From the human T2T-CHM13v2.0 reference genome, Homo sapiens, in the NCBI RefSeq assembly GCF_009914755.1, contig NC_060925.1: a stretch of 64,000 nt of DNA; one strand, written 5' to 3'. The translations under genes were made by a program, and so were the position numbers. Below are positions 1-30,706 of this stretch, piece after piece (the first letter of the stretch is position 1; each line of letters opens with the position of its first letter). The notes beneath the pieces are model-generated. The model did not search any database, had not been told where the DNA came from, and saw nothing but the letters and a program-made list of their open reading frames with translations.

Positions 1-977
<977 letters not shown>

Positions 978-1935
978 TAAATTGCTTAAACTCTTAGAGC
1001 AAGTATCTCTTCTGTAAAATTGGGATAATTAAATCTGCTACAAAGTATTGTGTAAGAACTAAAAGAGATAATGAAATTATGGCTCCTCCCTAGCACAGTA
1101 GGTTTTAAATATGTGTTATTTCTCTCCCCCTTCCCCATTTACCTCTGATGGAAACTTAGTTGACATCTTTGAAGTGAAGTGGTTTGTTGGTCAGTTCTTA
1201 GTTTCTGAGTTAGCTGCTACTCTAAGCCATTGCACAGGGTATTTCTTTTGACTCAAGATAAAAATGAACTGTGGAAAACCTTATTATAATATAGTTATGA
1301 AGAAGGATTATTTATTTTCACATGATAGCCCATAGTAATGGTGTTTTGTTGATCAGGTTACAATAGATTAATATCATTATATAACAAATGCTCTTTTTTC
1401 CCTGTTCTTTTCATAGTTGTTCAATTTAATGAGAGGTAATTGATTAAATTCTGTTTGCATTGTAGTCAGGAAACCGGAGAGGGCAGCAAACTGTAGGAGA
1501 TTGTGCCCCAACGCCCCACCCAGGCCTCCCTATCAAGACTTCACCTCCACTAACCTGTCTCAGTCATTTCTAACAGAAGGACTCATGTAAATTACCAAAT
1601 TACTCCCAAATAAATCAGTGTCCAGAAAGATTTAGTTGTTTATGGAAAATTGGTAGAGGATTGAAATTGTATGACACTGTTATTCATCTCTCCTGGACAA
1701 GGAAATACGAAAAAAAAAAATGGAGGCATTGGTTGTGTTCTCGTATACTGAGAACCTCACTCCCTGCCCCATTTCTAAAGGTTACAATTCCATCTTCTCT
1801 TTAGTTTTCATCAAATAGTTTTGCCCCCTGTACATCATTTTTATTAATATTGATAATAACAACCAACATCAATCAAATGCTTTCCAGAGTCAGGTACCTC
1901 ACTGCATTGTTACTATTTTCTCGTTTTGTGGATGA

Positions 1936-2321
1936 TGACATGGTTTGGCTCTGTGTCCCTGCCCAAATATCATCTCAAATTGTAATCCCCACATGTCCAG
2001 GGAGGGAGGTGAGTGGATCATGGGGGAGTGGATCATGGGAGGTGAGTGGAACAGCATCCACCATGCTGTTCTTGTGATCCTGAGTGAGTTCTCACAAGAT
2101 CTGATGGTTTTATAAGCATCTGGCATTTCCCCTGCTTTCCCTTCTCTCTCCTGCCGCCATGTGAAGAAGGTCCTTGCTTCCCCTTCACCTTCCGCCATGA
2201 TTGTAAGTTTCCCAAGGCCTCTCCAGCCATGTAGAACTGTGAGTCAATTAAAACTCTTTCCTTTATGAATTACCCAGTCTTGGGGTTTTTCTTCGTAGCA
2301 GTGTGAAAACGGACTAATACA
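1936..2321 (+). mobile_element. THE1D-like MaLR solo LTR
   Basis: TG...CA termini (tgacatggtttggctctgtgtcc...ggactaataca) with 5-bp TSD GATGA at 1931-1935 and 2322-2326. Confidence 0.9.
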
Positions 2322-2371
2322 GATGAGAAAACCAAGGAGTGAGACAACTTATGTAATTTGCTCATTGTCAC

Positions 2372-2728
2372 TGCTATAGACTGAATGTTTGTGTCCCCCC
2401 AAAATTCACATGTTGAAATACCCAAATGTGACGATATTAAGAGACGGGATCTTTGACTGGTGATTAGATCATGCGGGTTAAGTTCTCTTGAATGAGATTA
2501 GTGCCCTTATAAAAAAAACTCCAAGGAGACCCCTTCCTCATTCTACCATGTAAGGACACAGAGAGAAGACCTCTGCCTGTGACTAGAAAACACGCTCCCA
2601 CCAGACACCAAATCTGCCAGCACCTTCATCTTCCACACTCCAGAAATGTGATAAATAAATTTCTGTTGTGTATAAGTTATCCAGTCTATGGTATTTTATT
2701 CTAGTAGCAGCCCAAACAGACTAAGACA
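2372..2728 (+). mobile_element. MLT1A/MLT1A0-like MaLR solo LTR
   Basis: tgctatagactgaatgtttgtgtcccc...gactaagaca with TSD GTCAC at 2367-2371 and 2729-2733. Confidence 0.88.
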
Positions 2729-3431
2729 GTCACATAGCCAGTGAGTGGTGGAGCCCAGTATCAAACCAGGTTATTCTAAATTCTGGAGCCCACACTTCCT
2801 TTCTCTAATGGCATAAATGGAAGCTAGAAAGGCAGGAATTTAGTAATCTTCAATGACTGGCTTTGGCCTAATTTGTTGACCTGATATTTGCAAATTACCA
2901 TAGGCTAATTTAAATCTGCCTTTGTAACTTCTGCTGTGTCCAGTATCAGTTTACCACTCTGGTCATTCTAAATTATTTTTTCCCTGTAAAAAATTATTTC
3001 ACTTTGCCTATCTAAATTCAATCCATCTTTTCCATGAAGGCTTCCCCATCTGCAGAGGGACTTCATTCTATTACAGTCCTATATCACTAATTATTGTATT
3101 ACATGACAGACATAGCTTTTTTTATAGTCTGTAACCTATGTATGTGTGTGAAGGAGACATCAGTGTTTGAGAAACAGCAGTGTTTGGCACATGGCTAATT
3201 CTGGTATATGTTTGCCTACTTCCTTATCCTTTAGCTTGCACACTAGAAACAGACACACCTGTTTTTTAATCCTAGCAGCTCTATTTCTAGCTGTAGGTAT
3301 CGAGTCAAATCACAAAACTTCTCCATATTTTAATTATCTACAAAAAAGGAATAATTATGGTATCTAGTTTATTGATTTACAGTGAAGATGAAATGAGATT
3401 TTGTGTTTAGGACATAGTGAATACTTATTAA

Positions 3432-6524
<3,093 letters not shown>

Positions 6525-6887
6525 GAGGTGAGATAATTTTTATACTTGCTGCTTTGACTGATGTATAAAAAAATGCTACTCCCATAATGCAACTACTTTG
6601 CTGCATTGGAGAGAACACAATAGAAAAATAGCCACTTCTTATTCAAGCTTTTCTTGATTTTTGTTTCGGCTGTCTCTAAATTTGACACTTGAGAATAGAT
6701 GGTTTATTTGACTCATAGTATGACCCAGGTATGCTTTTGTTAAAAAGAACAGTTCTAGGAGGATGACTGTTGGGACAAAATTAGCTACTAGTATGGAATA
6801 CTCTTTCAGTGTAAAATCTCAGAACAACATTTAAAAATCATTGGAGATATTTTATTCATAAACATTTTCTTAATAAGATCCAGAAAG

Positions 6888-6991
6888 GGTTTATAAACCT
6901 AATAAACCTATTCGATAGGTTCTATCAAATAAACCTATTTCTATCAAATAAACCTATTTGATATCTTCTATCAAATAAACCTATTTGATAG
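6888..6991. repeat. Palindromic micro-array of CTATCAAATAAACCTATTT(GATAG) units
   Basis: Units at 6922-6940, 6941-6963 and 6968-6991; ATAAACCT occurs five times. Confidence 0.9.
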
Positions 6992-7069
6992 GAGGAAATA
7001 GGAATAGGACACATTGCTTTTGACTTTCTATACCCATGTGGAAACCAGGAATCTATTCTCTCCCTCTCA

Positions 7070-7229
7070 ATTTACATGACCATGAGGAAACTGAAACCTA
7101 GCGAAGTTAAATGACTTGCCCGGGGACGGACAGCTAGCTAGTTCCTGCTTGAACTGAGGACCATCTATTTGGTTACCGGGAGTGTGGCTGGTTTCTGTTG
7201 CCTGTTTTGATACTCTTCTCCTGGTAAGT
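7070..7229 (+). other. Candidate non-coding alternative first exon overlapping a MIR fragment
   Basis: Consensus donor CTG|GTAAGT (exon end 7223). MIR core-like sequence at about 7070-7145 with retained CpGs. Confidence 0.4.
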
Positions 7230-8222
7230 TTTAGCTTCAAATGGTATTGTCCACACCACAGCCCTTGATCTCAGGTAATTCTCCACACCACTGCCTTTTT
7301 TTTTTTTTTTTTTTTTTTTCCAATGCAGTTGCGTGGTGTGAAGGCGATAACTGCAGACACTCAGGTGTAAACAACCCAGGGAATCAATGGGTTGGGGGGA
7401 TGGTAAAACAGGAGTTCGTAGACAGGACTGTGTACAATAGCTTCTGAAGTTTTGGAGGGTATTGGTGTAGCTGTTATTTCTGAGACCGGAGAAAATGACG
7501 GTAGAGTGACAGTTTCTCTAATCATCAGTTTTCAAAGAGTATGTTTTTCGTTGGAACCACAAATATAGTACACTTAATAAGGGGAAACGAAACCTTGAAT
7601 TTTTCCTTCCCAGACTCTGAAAAGTAAAGTAAACTTTAAGGAACATTTTAAGGGTGACAAAAGGTGAAGATTGCAAATCAAACTTAGAGTGTCCCTGCTC
7701 AAGAAAATCTGTGCACTGCAGCTACAATAGAGGACCACTTGGGTTTAGAAATGACATGTTATTAATAATTCTAGTCACTGTGGCTAATTAGAACAATCTG
7801 TTGAAGGTTATAAATTATAGAAGCTTTTTAAAACATTTATCTAAGAACCTGTGTAGAATTCTAAAAGGACTGAATTATTTGAAGTTATTAGTTTCTGTGT
7901 ATGTAAACTTAAACTATTTTTAAAGCCTTTGATTATTTTTCTAAAAATGTTTTTGCATGCTTATAGCCTGATGCCGTAAATGTTTTATGAGTTTAATGTA
8001 CAGCACCTCTAGGTGCTATTTAAAATTGTTTTTTCTGGTCCTTTTCTTTTGGGTTATAAGGGTTCTTCGTAACCAAGAAGATTACCTATGGTTACGCTGA
8101 ATGCACTCTCCCAGGGTGCATAGGCGCTGCTGAACTGCGGTTATAACTCTTGTTTGCCCCTGGGTGGTTGCCAGCAGGGAGTAAGGCATTGTGGGAAGTA
8201 CTTTCTTTACCTTCCACAACAG

Positions 8223-8429
8223 GTGTCTTTGTCAGTGCACCTTATTCAGATATCCATGTGTGGAAGCTCTGAGTCACTGAATAGCAAAGAAAAATATGAA
8301 AGCAAGAGGAATTGCTTTCACATCTAGAAAATGTTGCAAGATAATCTGAAATCTTCTGGTGCTGGTGAATGCATGAAGAGGTTCACAGTATCTTTTAAAG
8401 TACTTCTGAAAAGATAAGGAGTTTAAAAG
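8223..8429 (+). other. Candidate non-coding leader exon
   Basis: Acceptor ctttctttaccttccacaacAG (AG at 8221-8222) and donor AAG|GTATGA (8429/8430). AP-1 motif TGAGTCA at 8270-8276. Unique, CpG-containing sequence at 8060-8200. Confidence 0.4.
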
Positions 8430-9929
8430 GTATGAACTGCCTGGACACCTTATAATGCCTTGTCTCCTGATTATCATTTAATTTTTACCTGGTTAGTCAG
8501 AGTCAGGATAAATGTGCAGGAAAAAAATGTTAACGAAAATAATGCTTAACAGACAAAGCAGCACTGTAGAACAAAAATGAAGTAAGAATGCTTTACTGAC
8601 TCCAACAAGGGTCAAACACAGTTTGAAGCTGTTTTAATCTTGTGGATTTATTTAAAATATTGCATTTTTTTGTTTAAATAAGCTTATTAGATTTGCTTGT
8701 TTCCTAGCAATCAGGTGCTTTTCCCTCCTTCCTTGTGCTCGCTCTTATAAGCTAGAATGCTATAGCAGTTGTAAAACTCTACTAATTACATTTAAATGGG
8801 ACAAGGTGTTATACAAGTAATCATGTTAATGTAGATGAAAAAAATACTTTTGGAAAACATGGGAAAATAACACTATAGATCTCATTCTGAGTTTTGTTTT
8901 CTGAAAAGCAAACAAATTTAGGTAACATAATCCTGCTATTGGTAATGAAGACTAAACATTTCAACTGGTTGAAATGTTTTATTTCAACTTATTTCTTTTG
9001 ATTTTAGACGAACTTGCCAAATTAATTTCTAGTTCTAACAAAGAATATTTCTCATAGTAAGTACTGCAGTGTCATGATCTAGAAAAAGCAGGGAAGATAC
9101 TAGCTTAATTAGGAATATTGAAAAACAACTTCAGAGAAGCCTTATCTGTCTTCCCCTTATTTTTATTTGCTTAATCCTTTTTCCATGAAATTAGTATACA
9201 TTATATTTCCTGATCAAGCAACTTTGTAATGGTGATTATGGGCAACTTTCAAACTTTTCATCTGGAAATATGGCAGTTCATTTATGGTCTCCAGCTGTAA
9301 TTTAAAAAGCACTACTGGTGGTTAAGCTACCAACAGTTAATGGCTATCTACTGATTTGAATAATTAAAAGAAACCCCTAGCCTTAAAGATAAAAGATGAA
9401 GAGAACTTTTATCTATGGGAGCAAAACAACCAGTTTATAAATGAGACTCTTGTATTGCTTTCTGAATAACAACACAAAACTATGCTTAAAATACTTATTT
9501 TTTTTAGTAGGAAAAGGGAGTAATGATTATTAATTGATATCGCTGTCCCTGTTTCATTTTTATGTTTTGGCATTTTTTTCTTTAACAGAAATACTCAGAG
9601 GGGAAAATTTTTTTTTTCGGACTTCAGGAGATCACTTGTACTATGAATTCTTTAAATTCTGAGAAATTAAAATGGTTTTCATCTGTTTATTTTCTAAGAT
9701 TACGAAAAAATAAGCGTTAAGAACACTAAGAAAATTTACTTCTTCTCCAAGAACAATCTTCATGTAATAATACTGCAGTAAGAAGATGAGCTATTATGAA
9801 AATTTTTAATTACCAAGAACATAACACAAATCAGTTTTTTTTGTTGTTATTGCTATAGGATATTTCTAGTTAGGAAACTTTATTTCTTTTTTGAAGTTTA
9901 AAGGTTTCCAAAAATTGAATTTTCCAGCT

Positions 9930-10207
9930 TCTCTGTTATAAATGCAGAAGGTGTTTATAGTGTATACTTCCTGCATAGATAAGAAACCTCTTTTAGTTTC
10001 CTACTGGGGGTGAATTGCTAGCCAAGCCTGTGATAGCAGCCGCTTTTTTTTTCTTTCTCTTTCTTTCTTTCTGGATTTTTGACACTCCACCCCCTCGAAC
10101 TCAGGTGGGTGTGTACACTGGCACTGAGCTGCAGTAGGATTTTTCCTTGGATAGTCTGGTCTGGAGCTGGGACAGCAGCTGCTGCTGTGGAAAGGCCAGC
10201 TGGCAAG
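9930..10207 (+). promoter_or_regulatory. Putative internal promoter/5' UTR of the short isoform
   Basis: TATAAAT at 9937-9943, a pyrimidine tract at about 10043-10072, and a GC-richer leader upstream of the ATG. Possible acceptors at CAG 10102-10104 and TAG 10152-10154. Confidence 0.45.
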
Positions 10208-10318
10208 ATGATGGAAGAAATCTCCATTATGGTAGCCTATGACGCCCATGTTTTCAGCCAGCTGCACGATGAAGACTTCCTCACTAGTCTGGTGGCCATC
10301 AGCAAGCCCAGGTCTATG
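10208..10318 (+). CDS. RABGAP1L: Alternative first coding exon (37 codons) of a short coiled-coil-only RABGAP1L isoform; no downstream coding exon recognised in the window
   Basis: Tandem ATGs, the second in strong Kozak context (ATG ATG G). Non-repetitive peptide MMEEISIMVAYDAHVFSQLHDEDFLTSLVAISKPRSM ends at the donor ATG|GTAGGT (GT at 10319-10320, phase 0). Peptide recalled as the N-terminus of a short RABGAP1L isoform that continues VPTKKLKKYEKEY; not database-verified. Confidence 0.8.
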
Positions 10319-10768
10319 GTAGGTGGTGCCTTGCACACTACTCTGGTTCTGTATTTTCTTTTCTAACATGATATCTATACTCCTGTAGCAACTGAGGCAT
10401 AACTTGCTGTTGGCTTTGTGTTATGTCTACAGGTTTTCAAAGATTTATTTACATAATTAAACACTCATATAACAGTAGCACACTTAAAATGTTAGGCTGA
10501 TGCTTTCATATATAATGAGGTTGAGAGGAATTTTAGAGTGCCAAATATCACTTTGTCTTAAGTTTCTGCCTTGTAAATATGTATATAATTATCAGGTAGG
10601 GGCTAGTTATATTTACATAGCATACAATTGAGGCTCATAGAAGTGTAACGTTTCTACCAGTGAGTAATAACATCATCTGAGAATTGAGCTACCTAAACAT
10701 CAGGTAACTTTCAGGGTCTTAAATTATTACTAAGAAGAACTATTAGGAAAATAACAGTACAATTTTAG

Positions 10769-15871
<5,103 letters not shown>

Positions 15872-17799
15872 TAGATTCGCTACTTACCAGTGAGCTAAGT
15901 AACTTCTCTAAGCCTTGGTTTTCTCATCTGAAAACTGAGAGACATAATAGTATTACCTCATTGGAATACCATGAGGTTATTTGAGAGCACTTGTAAAGTA
16001 TTTAGCACAGTGAAAGCTGTAACTAATTGTCTCCTTTTCTAATAAGGGAGGAACTAATCAGACTATTTGAAGAAGGTCTAAAGGAAGAAGTGGGATGAAT
16101 AGATAAGGCACCCTGGAGACGCAGGAGGAGTTGGGAGGACAAAAGGAGAAAATGAACTAGTTGGGTTACCCTGGAGAATTACTTTGCTTGATTAGGGAAT
16201 CACTATCAGGATACCAGTCCTACAGGAAACTTGAAGCCTTCTGCCCTGAAGATGGTGCTGAAGATCTTAGGTTTGAGCTCAGAAGGGTGGGAAGGCAATG
16301 TAGAACCAATAGAAGGGAGTATATATAGGCCAAACCTTCTGATGAGTAGATGAGATCAAATTACTGCAGCAGGAATCTTGCAGTAATGAACTGGCAGGGC
16401 CCACATTGACCAAGGAAAAAAATTGTAAAGGACATTAGAGCAATGCAAGTAAAAAGAGATGACAAGTGTCTGGACTTAGACACTTGACAGTGGGAGTGTA
16501 AATAGAGATTAGTCTACACATGTTGGTTAGTTCTCACAAAGGGAATATACATTAATATTATTTAGGAAGAAGCAGCAACTGATGTTATGAGAAGAGTAAA
16601 TGATTGAGATAAGTTGAAAATTAAGCTTCCAGCCATACAAAAGTGGAGATTGCTATAGTGTCAAAAGTCTTTGGGAATGGGAAAGTTAGGTTATCAAGAA
16701 TAGAATGGAGGAAAAATGACCCATTCTGGCTTTACCATGTTCCACATCTAGAAATTCAAGGTCACAGTATCACGGTAAGAGAATTGATTGTCCAGTGGTT
16801 AGAACACTGCCCTTTAACAAAAGCCATTTAATCAGACTAACACATGGCTATACTATATTGGCACTGGATAGATATTCTTCACTGACAGAAACCAAAATAG
16901 CAGCACTGTGCCAGCAAAGGAAGGGAGCTCTTTCTTGGAGCTACAGTTTCTCTTTCTATAAATGGGAGACGAGGGTAAGCATTCTGTAATTACTTCCTCC
17001 TTATCGGATTGGCACAGATTTCATCAAGCATGCCAAATTAAAAAACAAAATTCAGAGCAATTCCATATGTCAGAGATGGAGAAAACAATAAAATCAATAC
17101 TGTTATTTCTAAATCTTTACTAGATATACATTTCAAATATTGATTAGAATAAACATAACAATTAAGATTCATCCATATTTTTTAAAAATGTTATCTGAAT
17201 ATTTTTTATTCTCATTGTTACATAGCAAGTGCACATTTTGGCACTATATCAATTTCAGTTCAGTTCAAGCATCCAACCAATCATTTGGTTGATCAGTTCT
17301 AATGAGTTAAGGTTCTTATAGTTGCAAGTAATAAAATCTTGTGCTATCTTAAATAAGAAAGGGATTTTATCACGTGGACAGCAAAATGTGTTCCTTTAAA
17401 TGCAAGGGCAGTTCATCTAGGCAACAGAGCTGGTACTGGACTGATGCTGGCAACCATTCTCCCTATCTCTTGCCATCTAATTAAAACTTCTCTCTTGACA
17501 TCTACTTTATTTCTCTGTCTCCAACTTCTTGGCTTCTTTATTTCTATGGCAGAATATTGCTGCTACACAGCATCCAGATTTATAGTTCTACCATCTGAAT
17601 CACAACTCCATATTTCTTTGGTGAGAATCTGACCGAGTAATGTTAGGTGAGTTTTGTGATAGTATAGAGCAGAGCCCCTGAGCACACACTCAAACTAAAC
17701 TGCCTGGGTCCAATCCTACCTCACTTGCAATTAGCTCTATGACTTTGGGCAGATTACTTAATCTCAAACCTCATTTTTCTCATCTGTAAAATTGGAGTC

Positions 17800-17923
17800 T
17801 GCAAGAGAAAGTAGTCCGGACTGAAATCGGCCAGAAGTCCCTCTCATGTTATATCTAAAGTAAACCTATCTTTAACTGCCAAGCTGTGTTTCGTGTTTCT
17901 TTCCTCTTTCTTTAACTCTTACA
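17800..17923 (+). mobile_element. Short ERV1 LTR remnant (LTR10-like 3' end) inside a MIR
   Basis: Ends in ttcgtgtttctttcctctttctttaactcttaCA and starts with TG. Flanks GAGTC and GAATC. MIR sequence on both sides. Confidence 0.6.
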
Positions 17924-18104
17924 GAATCATGTTAGTAGTACCTGTAAGATTAAATCAAAATTAAGTTTAAATTTAAATTAAATCAGTAATATATGTAAAG
18001 CACTTAAGAAAATTAATTGTCAATATATGTAAAGCACTGGATACCTAGCACATAGAAAGTGGCATGTGTATGTTAGTTATTATTCCAAATTGATTCTTTT
18101 ATTA

Positions 18105-24510
<6,406 letters not shown>

Positions 24511-24744
24511 TTTTCTTGGATTTAAATGAGGTTTTCTTTTTACTAAGGATTCAAATAATATGTTGACTATAGAAAATTTTGAAAACACATAGAAATAAAA
24601 ACTGAAACACAGAAAGAAAATACAGAAGTTACTCATAAGTTTACTACTCTGAGGTAATCTCCCTATCCAAATAATTCCTGTTGTCTATAAAACAATAAAA
24701 GAAAATCAATATATGTATTAGGTGGGTTAGAAAATACAAAGTGG

Positions 24745-26121
<1,377 letters not shown>

Positions 26122-27426
26122 AGAAAATACAAAGTGGTTTCCAAAGACAATCACTTGTTAAGAGATTCTTGTGATTCCTCCTAGGAAGAAAGAAAAAAAC
26201 AAAAGTGATGCATATACCTGCATAAATTACAGCATAATTGTTAATGTAGAGCTGTACAACAAATATCTTCTCTTTAAATATACGAATGTCTTTTAAAGAC
26301 AGAAAGAACTGTTTTATTTTCTTTGAGGGCCTCACTACAAGCCTTTTAGATAGATCCAGATAACATGTTCTACTTTCCCTCTTTGCAACACTTCGCTAGC
26401 AGGTACTTCCTAATCAGGATCTTGACAACTATCAGCCACATAGAATACTTGGAAGGAGGTTAACTTTTCATACTCAAAAGCTCTCTTCTGGAAGAATCCT
26501 AATATTATTAATAGCAAGTCTTCCACTTGTAGGGCCTGTTGGAACAGTTTGTGACAAATCCTTCCCAGACTGTTCTTTGAGTATACAAATTAATATCTCC
26601 AAGTCACTGATACTCTGAGCACATGCATCCTGCTGCTAGGGAAGTGCATTAAGGTACCTTCAAAACCTTTTTTCCTCTGTAATTACATCCTAAAAATTAC
26701 ACTGGAGGGTGGGCTGGGGTGGAGGGAAGGTCCCAGGTGCATTTACTGAGCTATCTGTCAAAGTCCACCAAGCTAGTAGATTGTGACCACAATTTTGATA
26801 ATTTCGGATTCCATATCTGCAAGGCAGTGTTAAAACTACACAATACCTGATAAATGCTAGAATGAGGATAATTCCTCTAAATAGTTAACATTTAACCAGA
26901 AGCTCTACAGTGCTCTCCAACCTAACAGTCACACATTAATTTATTCCTTCATGTAAAAGAATCATTTTTATTGCTGCTGCCTGAAAGGTACAAATTGCTT
27001 GGGTGTAGGCTGCTCAGCTTCCTTCTTACTAAAGAGACAGGAAATATATCTTCCATTTAAAGTGTTAATGGCATCTATAAATGTGTAGTCCAATTTGTTA
27101 TTGACTTGAACTCTTCAAAGATTTGAGAAACAAGGTTTAACTTTAGCACTCAAGATTGTTACACAAGAATTAAATGTTTTCAATGACTACCTTTTGTAGT
27201 GTTGGGAAGGGTGCAAAAAGGAAAGAGAAGGCTGGAAAATAAATATATTTTATCTAAGAGGGCATGACTGAGTTGGCTAAGCTTTCAATTTCATTTTTCT
27301 CTTAGGAAAGACTTTCACCTATTATGTTACAATGTGTGCTCACATTTCCTGATTATGGATCGAAATGGAGCTTGGAGCACTACATTTGGTGCAGGAGAGG
27401 ACTGTCGAGACTAGAACCAAGTTGGG

Positions 27427-27761
27427 TTTTTTGTTGTTTTTGTTTGTTTGTTTTGTTTTGTTTTGTTTTGTGTGTGTGTTTTTGAGACAGTTGCTCTGTC
27501 GCCCTGGCTGTAGTGCAGTGACACGATCTTGACTCACTGCAACCTCCGCCTCCCAGGTTCAAGCCATTCTCCTGCCTCAGCCTCCCGAGTAGCTGAGATT
27601 ACAGGTGCTCACCACCATGCCCAGATAATTTTTGTATTTTTAGTAGAGACGAGATTTCACCATGTTGGCCACGCTGGTCTCAAACTCCTGACCTCAAGTG
27701 ATCTGCCCACCTCGGCCTCTTAAAGTGCTGGGATTACAGGCGTGAGCCACCGTGCCTGGCC
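27427..27761 (-). mobile_element. AluSx-like with (GTTT)/(GTTTT)/(GT) tail
   Basis: Alu consensus. Confidence 0.93.
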
Positions 27762-28125
27762 CCAAGTTGTTTGTTAACAGACACCTGCCAAAAGACGAGG
27801 ACTTCCTCTGAACCCTTATCAGGTCAAAACATGGTAGATATTCTACTAAAATTGGTCAAATAAGTAAATGAAATAAATGAATGAAAATTATTCATTCTTT
27901 CAAGTTTGTTTGGAGAAAATAATGGAAACCATTCAACTTGAGAATAAAGTGTTTAAAATATTTATAGGCTGTACAAATTTGAAGTGCTATTAGTATCCCA
28001 CTATTAAGTGCCACTTGTTACATTCCCCTAGATAATCTAGAAGGGGCAAACAAATAAAAATAATTTAAGACAAAAGTAATAATTCCACCCAGGGTGAAAT
28101 GGCATTCAGCCTATTCTAATTCTTT

Positions 28126-30058
<1,933 letters not shown>

Positions 30059-30399
30059 CTAATTCTTTAATCTATGTAGTAGTTGCTTATATATTAAACG
30101 TGTGAAAATCGTATGAAATCATTGTTAATTCATACTGAAATATTCACTTACCTCTGATCTATTTAAGCCAAGCTAATAGGTTTCAGCCTGTTTCTGACCT
30201 CAGGAGCCTGGACCCACCTATGCTAAGATAAAAGCCATGATGACTGTGGCAACAGTGTTGCTGACATTGTACTGACCACATTGCTGTAAGTGTCTCCATG
30301 GCACATCTGCTTCTGTAGATTCAGTCTTACTCTGCTTTTAGAGACTTTCCCATATAACACTAAAATGTACTTGCCTGTTAGTATGTTTGATATTCTTCA

Positions 30400-30706
<307 letters not shown>

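Noticed and set aside
6888-6991. Repeat array as CRISPR-like
   Set aside because: Primate DNA, no unique spacers and no cas genes.
10001-10369. 122-aa minus-strand ORF overlapping the exon, and the 95-aa plus-strand version starting at 10079
   Set aside because: The first is the antisense shadow of the exon. The second starts at a non-ATG codon and reads through the splice donor.
17988-18038. 17-bp direct repeat AATATATGTAAAGCACT as a TSD
   Set aside because: The 17-bp spacer is not a recognisable insert; likely a local duplication within the MIR.
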